Part shown: piece after piece, positions 63,108-64,000 of the stretch
Layout: every line of letters begins with the position of its first letter
Position numbering within the stretch: the stretch's first letter is position 1
Assembly: GCA_963682135.1 (NCBI GenBank)
Contig: OY821645.1
Location: forward strand, 672,001 to 736,000
Length of the DNA: 64,000 bases
Source of the DNA: Methanothrix sp.
GTDB lineage: Archaea; Halobacteriota; Methanosarcinia; Methanotrichales; Methanotrichaceae
Direction of reading: 5' to 3'
The notes under the pieces: model-generated
What the model saw: the letters and a program-made list of their open reading frames with translations, nothing else
Databases searched by the model: none
Told to the model about the DNA's origin: nothing
Position numbers and translations under genes: made by a program

Positions 63108-64000
63108 TCAGGCCCGCAAGAGTTCGATTAAAAATCTCGCGAATCCATTCAGGTCTGCTACGCGAACATTCTCGTTCAGGCCGTGGATATTGCTCTCCAG
63201 CTGCCGGCCCACCCCAAAGACACAGGTGGGAATGCCGGTCTTCTCTGTGGCATAAGCCTGATCAAGGCTGCCCTGCGCTCCGGAGAGTCGGGGGAAAAAG
63301 CCCATTCCCCTCTTCACTGCCTCCCTCACCTCCCAGACCCAGGGGTGATCCGGGTTGACGCTCATAGGCGGATAGCCGGGATAAAACTTGATATCAAAGT
63401 CGACATCCAGCGGTTTCAGGGTCCTCTCGATCTCCGCCATGGCCTCATCCATGCTCTCTTCCGGTATCACCCGCCGGTCGCCGCGCAGATTGCACCTATC
63501 CGGCACAATGTTCTCCTTGATGCCCCCATTGATCATAGTAATATTGAGGATGGGCATGAGGTTTTTCTTTCCAACGGCCTCCAGGGCGGAGCTGGCAGGC
63601 AGAAGAGACCGTCTGGCCTGCACCACTTTCTTGAGGTCCATGAGCGCGTTCATGATGGGTATGGATCTTTCCACAGCATTTATCCCCAGGAAACTGGAGC
63701 CGCTGTGCACAGAATTGCCATGGACGACCAAATCCCAGTGTATGATGCCGTTGCTGCCTATCACCACATCATCAGAGAAGCCGTCCATGCAGAGCATCAG
63801 ATCCCCTTTTACCAATCCCAAATCGGTGAGATAACACAGGCCGGAATAGCCGCCCACCTCTTCGTCCGTAGTTAAGAGAACAGAGAGATTGTACTTGGGC
63901 TTGCCACTCTCCAGGAGTGCTTTTAGGGCAGCAATTAATGCGGCAATCGACCCCTTGCAATCGGAGACACCCCGCCCATAGACTCTTGCGTTCTTGACCA
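63108..64000 (-). CDS. M20 family peptidase/deacylase (ArgE/DapE-like), 5' part outside the window
   Basis: YGRGVSDCKG and TDEEVGG lie upstream of the annotated ORF start; HGNSVHS, GGIKENIVP, NIHGLNE. Confidence 0.85.
   Translation of the reverse strand, partial: VKNARVYGRGVSDCKGSIAALIAALKALLESGKPKYNLSVLLTTDEEVGGYSGLCYLTDLGLVKGDLMLCMDGFSDDVVIGSNGIIHWDLVVHGNSVHSGSSFLGINAVERSIPIMNALMDLKKVVQARRSLLPASSALEAVGKKNLMPILNITMINGGIKENIVPDRCNLRGDRRVIPEESMDEAMAEIERTLKPLDVDFDIKFYPGYPPMSVNPDHPWVWEVREAVKRGMGFFPRLSGAQGSLDQAYATEKTGIPTCVFGVGRQLESNIHGLNENVRVADLNGFARFLIELLRA

Overview
Archaeal methanogen DNA. Gene content and order best fit Methanothrix/Methanosarcinales, which is an inference. Housekeeping blocks are: cimA-ilvB-ilvN-ilvC; the MCR-activation cluster atwA-mmp3-mmp6-mmp5-mmp15-mmp17-mmp7; uvrC; class II photolyase; mer; nadM; mobB; an FpoO-like small protein; and an intron-containing tRNA-Ser(TGA). 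Accessory DNA is interleaved: an intact IS630 inside a decayed ABC permease, a small tRNA-anchored islet, a co-oriented toxin-antitoxin/SIR2 array punctuated by GC-rich repeats, two paralogous PAS hybrid kinases, an IS481-like remnant and a large membrane TPR protein. The standout is a three-gene minus-strand locus at 33270-39477. An effector (helical Bell/HeLo-like N-terminus, two different G/Q/N-rich motifs, then a CHAT caspase-like protease) is followed by two NLR-like STAND-TPR receptors. Each receptor's N-terminus is a close copy of a different one of the two effector motifs. This looks like a two-input, amyloid-type NLR signalling and cell-death system in an archaeon. All product calls come from reading motifs by eye; no searches were run.
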